The notes under the pieces were generated by a model, which was given only the letters and a program-made list of their open reading frames with translations, ran no database searches and was not told the origin of the DNA. Below are positions 61,150-64,000 of a stretch of 64,000 nt of DNA, in pieces. Origin of the DNA: Octopus sinensis. Taxonomy: Eukaryota. The stretch lies in NCBI RefSeq assembly GCF_006345805.1, contig NC_042999.1:169012001-169076000 (forward strand). Reading direction: 5' to 3'. Made by a program: the position numbers and the translations under genes. Position 1 is the first letter of the stretch; each line of letters begins with the position of its first letter.

Positions 61150-63850
61150 ATTATCTAAAGTATCTTTTCTAGGTACGCGGGTGTGTTCTGATATTTGGCT
61201 ACTATCACTACTAGCAGGTTGAGCGACCANNNNNNNNNNNNNNNNNNNNNNNNNNNNNNNNNNNNNNNNNNNNNNNNNNNNNNNNNNNNNNNNNNNNNNN
61301 NNNNNNNNNNNNNNNNNNNNNNNNNNNNNGAACCTATCGGGCCTACTGCCTGAATTGTGTTTATTTCGTTTATCGCCGCTAAAGACATCAGGGCATAAAC
61401 GTTATGTCCGATATAGTGGTGTGGGGTTGACATCACTGATACACAACGCCCCAGACAGCCATATCAGGATTGCTGAAAACAGAGCAGTATTGTTTCTTCT
61501 GCAGTATCTCGACCATGGATTTGGCATTATCTTGGAGAGTGCTAGTTTCATCAATTAGAGGGTCAACCCTGCGTTTCCTCGCAAATGAAAAGAACACTTG
61601 GGGTTGAGTTTTGATTTTTTCAATGGCCCACTTCTCCTCAGCTGATCTTGGTTATGATGAGGGTCTTCAACATGCTTGTTGGAGGTTATATTTTTTGGAT
61701 TCAAGCAGTGCGATAGCCGTCTTTTTTGGTAATTTTTTTTTTGTTCTTTTTATTTTTCTGATAATGTTTTTCCTGTTTTGATTCTGCACTTTTTGTTGGT
61801 CAGTGTTTTGCACATATGTCTGTGACGGTGTCTACAAAGATCTGCCAAGATGTTTTATGGTTGGTGGAGATGTGTGTATGTGTGTAAAGGACCAGTCAAC
61901 ATGTGATAGCTCGTTCCTGATTGCATCCCAGTTGGCATTTGGAGATCCATGTTGTCAAATGGGTGGGCTGGAGGGAAGTCACTAGGATTAGCTTTCGCTG
62001 GTGGAATTTCATGTTACAGAGAACCATGTCATGGTCTGAAAGAAGGGTTTTTCCCACTGTAACGTTATGTATAGTGTTAGTGTGGTTACTAAACCTAGGT
62101 CCAAAATGTTTCTTCGATGTCTTGTTGGTGCAAGGACAAGTTGGGACAAGAAAAACTCATTCGTAAAGTCGAAAAGTGACTCTGCTGCTTCTTTGTCAGC
62201 GGTTGAGGCGGGAGTGCTTGGTTTCAAACAGTTTGTAGTCCAGTCAACACAGGGTAGATTGAAGTCTCCCATCATGAGTAGGTTACTAGAATGGCACTGT
62301 TGAATAAAGCACTTAATGCTGTTGTGGCATTCTTTAAAGCACAGTATGGGTGTTTGGGGCGGCCTATAGAGCCCAATTACTGTCAGGTCATTGGCTTTGT
62401 TGTGCACGGTGACAGATTCACAGTAGCCGTTGGAGAATATACTATTTCCATCTGCCGTAAACGAATCATGCAGGAAAATGGCAGTTCCACCCTTCCTTCT
62501 GCCGATACGATCCGCGCGGATGGTTGTGAAATTCTTCACTCTGACTTCGGCTTCCAAGTGGGAGTTGTCAAGGTGGGTCTCAGTGAGAATGAAGAAAGGG
62601 ATGTGGTGTGGATGGTTACCAACCCAGTCTTCAATGAACTGGACCTTCCATTTTTGTGCATTGATGGAAGGGCTGACACCTCGTGCATTGAGTAGGAATG
62701 CGGAGGTTAGTGTAGTGGCTGGTTTTGACTGTTGCAGGGGGCTTGGATTTTTTGTGTGTGTTAGTGGCAGCAAGGTGGGGGAATTGGTGCACTGGGGTAA
62801 TAGCATAGGGTGGTGTTGAGTGATGGCTAGAATATTTTTGTGTATCTCTTTTGCCATGTTCAACATGGCTAAAAAAGAATTTTCCTGCTTAGGGAGCAGT
62901 TTTTGGCTGGAGGTGTGGTTGTACTGTTGGATAGGGTTGTAGTTTCCACTTTTGTTGTTGTTGTTTTTGTCTTCCTGAAAAGACTGGACCAGCATTACTG
63001 CAGCATGGTGTGTTTCTATTTTTATTTTTATTCAGGTTTGTGTGTTGGCTTGAAGCCCCGTTTCTGTTTGTGCGTCGGGTCCCTGGAAGATGAGTGAAGG
63101 GACAGTCACTCAGAAGACATGTTCTCTCACGTTGGGAATACCGGCAGATTTTGGGACTCCGAGTTGTGTGTGTTTTGAATTTCGATTTACTATTTGGTGG
63201 TGTTGATGTTATTGTGGGATGCGTGCTTTGGCCTTGGCCGGTAGTGCGTCTAGTGCCGGGTAGATGCGTGAAGATGCAGTCACTATTTGTGCAGAGTCTC
63301 TGGCGCAGTGAATAGCGGCATATTTTGGGGTTTCTTGTTTGTGCCGTGGGGGGCGCAGTCTGCTTCATATGTTTCTTTAAGTTTTTGTTACTGCAGTAGT
63401 ATTGAGGTGGTGATGTGGGGGAAGAGAGCAGTGGTTTCTTATTTGGTTTTTTGTTGGTATTTTTGGTGGCAGCGGTGGTGATGATGATGACGATAATTGT
63501 GGTGGTTGCCATGAGAGCCTTGAAAAGATACTGGCATTTAGTGAATCATCTAGTATGCTAGAGTTGAGGAGTGGCTGTTGTTGTTCTTGTTGCTGTGGCT
63601 GTTGTTGTTGTTGTTGTGCTTGACCAAAGTTAGGGTCAGCTATTGTGCTGGGAACTAGGAGTGGCTCATTCTGTTGTTGTTGTTGTTGTTGTTGTTGTGG
63701 CTGTTGATTTTCTAGCTGTTGCTGTTCTTGAACAGTGAAAATATAAAGAAGTTTTTCAAAATGGCTTTTTGTCAGTTTGAAAGAAGCTTCCATATGCTTC
63801 AGTTTGCTATGAATCTGTTTGACAGATCATGTGTTGATTATTTGTGATGT
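61150..63850 (-). mobile_element. CR1-group (CR1/L2-like) LINE with ORF1 and ORF2 endonuclease, antisense in the scrib intron, running into the assembly gap
   Basis: ORF1 pieces (63377-63793, 62889-63512) have polyQ and two C-x8-C-x4-C-x3-H motifs. ORF2 APE has LLNARG, ILTETHL, GGTAIFL, GLYRPP, MGDFNLPCVDW and PTR..NILDL. It continues with frameshifts to a GPD-like motif at 61330. A probable 3' tail lies left of the gap. The clade assignment is approximate. Confidence 0.82.
61230..61329. other. Assembly gap (100 N, true length unknown)
   Basis: Run of N in the sequence. Confidence 0.99.
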
Positions 63851-63889
63851 TTTTTCCGAAATCTCATTCAAACATAAAACATTTAAATT

Positions 63890-64000
63890 TTGTATATATG
63901 TGTATATATATATATATGTGTACATATATATATGTGTACATATATATATGTGTGTATATATATATGTGTGTATATATATATATGTGTACATATATATATG
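63890..64000. repeat. TA/TG/TACA compound microsatellite
   Basis: Direct reading. Confidence 0.9.

Noticed and set aside
63377-63793. PolyQ ORF as a possible host transcription-factor exon
   Set aside because: It is contiguous and co-oriented with the CCCH modules and the APE domain, so it is better explained as LINE ORF1.

Overview
AT-rich, repeat-saturated eukaryotic (animal) genomic DNA. The tRNA-headed SINE families, the RTE LINE with a (TGA)n tail and the very high microsatellite load look like an Octopus / coleoid cephalopod genome (inferred from recognised repeat types, not from a search). The only host protein-coding sequence I can support is the first coding exon of a Scribble (scrib, LAP family) gene on the + strand at 57928-58089. 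The ORF track misses it because the exon is only 54 codons. It is preceded by a probable non-coding upstream exon, several uORFs and a 65-bp purine-rich tandem array. The rest of the window is intergenic or intronic and made of nested, mostly dead mobile elements: three Tc1/mariner elements, a pogo-like MITE, about 9 non-autonomous Helitrons from several families, several Penelope-like element (PLE) fragments, RTE LINEs, a CR1-group LINE in the scrib intron running into a 100-N gap, a decayed Ty3/Gypsy element, a solo LTR, more than 20 SINEs and many fold-back structures. The most unexpected object is a five-unit tandem array at about 21570-21980. Its hairpins are spaced 95, 95, 95 and 85 bp apart, and on the minus strand they closely resemble the histone-mRNA 3' stem-loop, with no histone gene nearby. 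Boundaries of degenerate elements are approximate.
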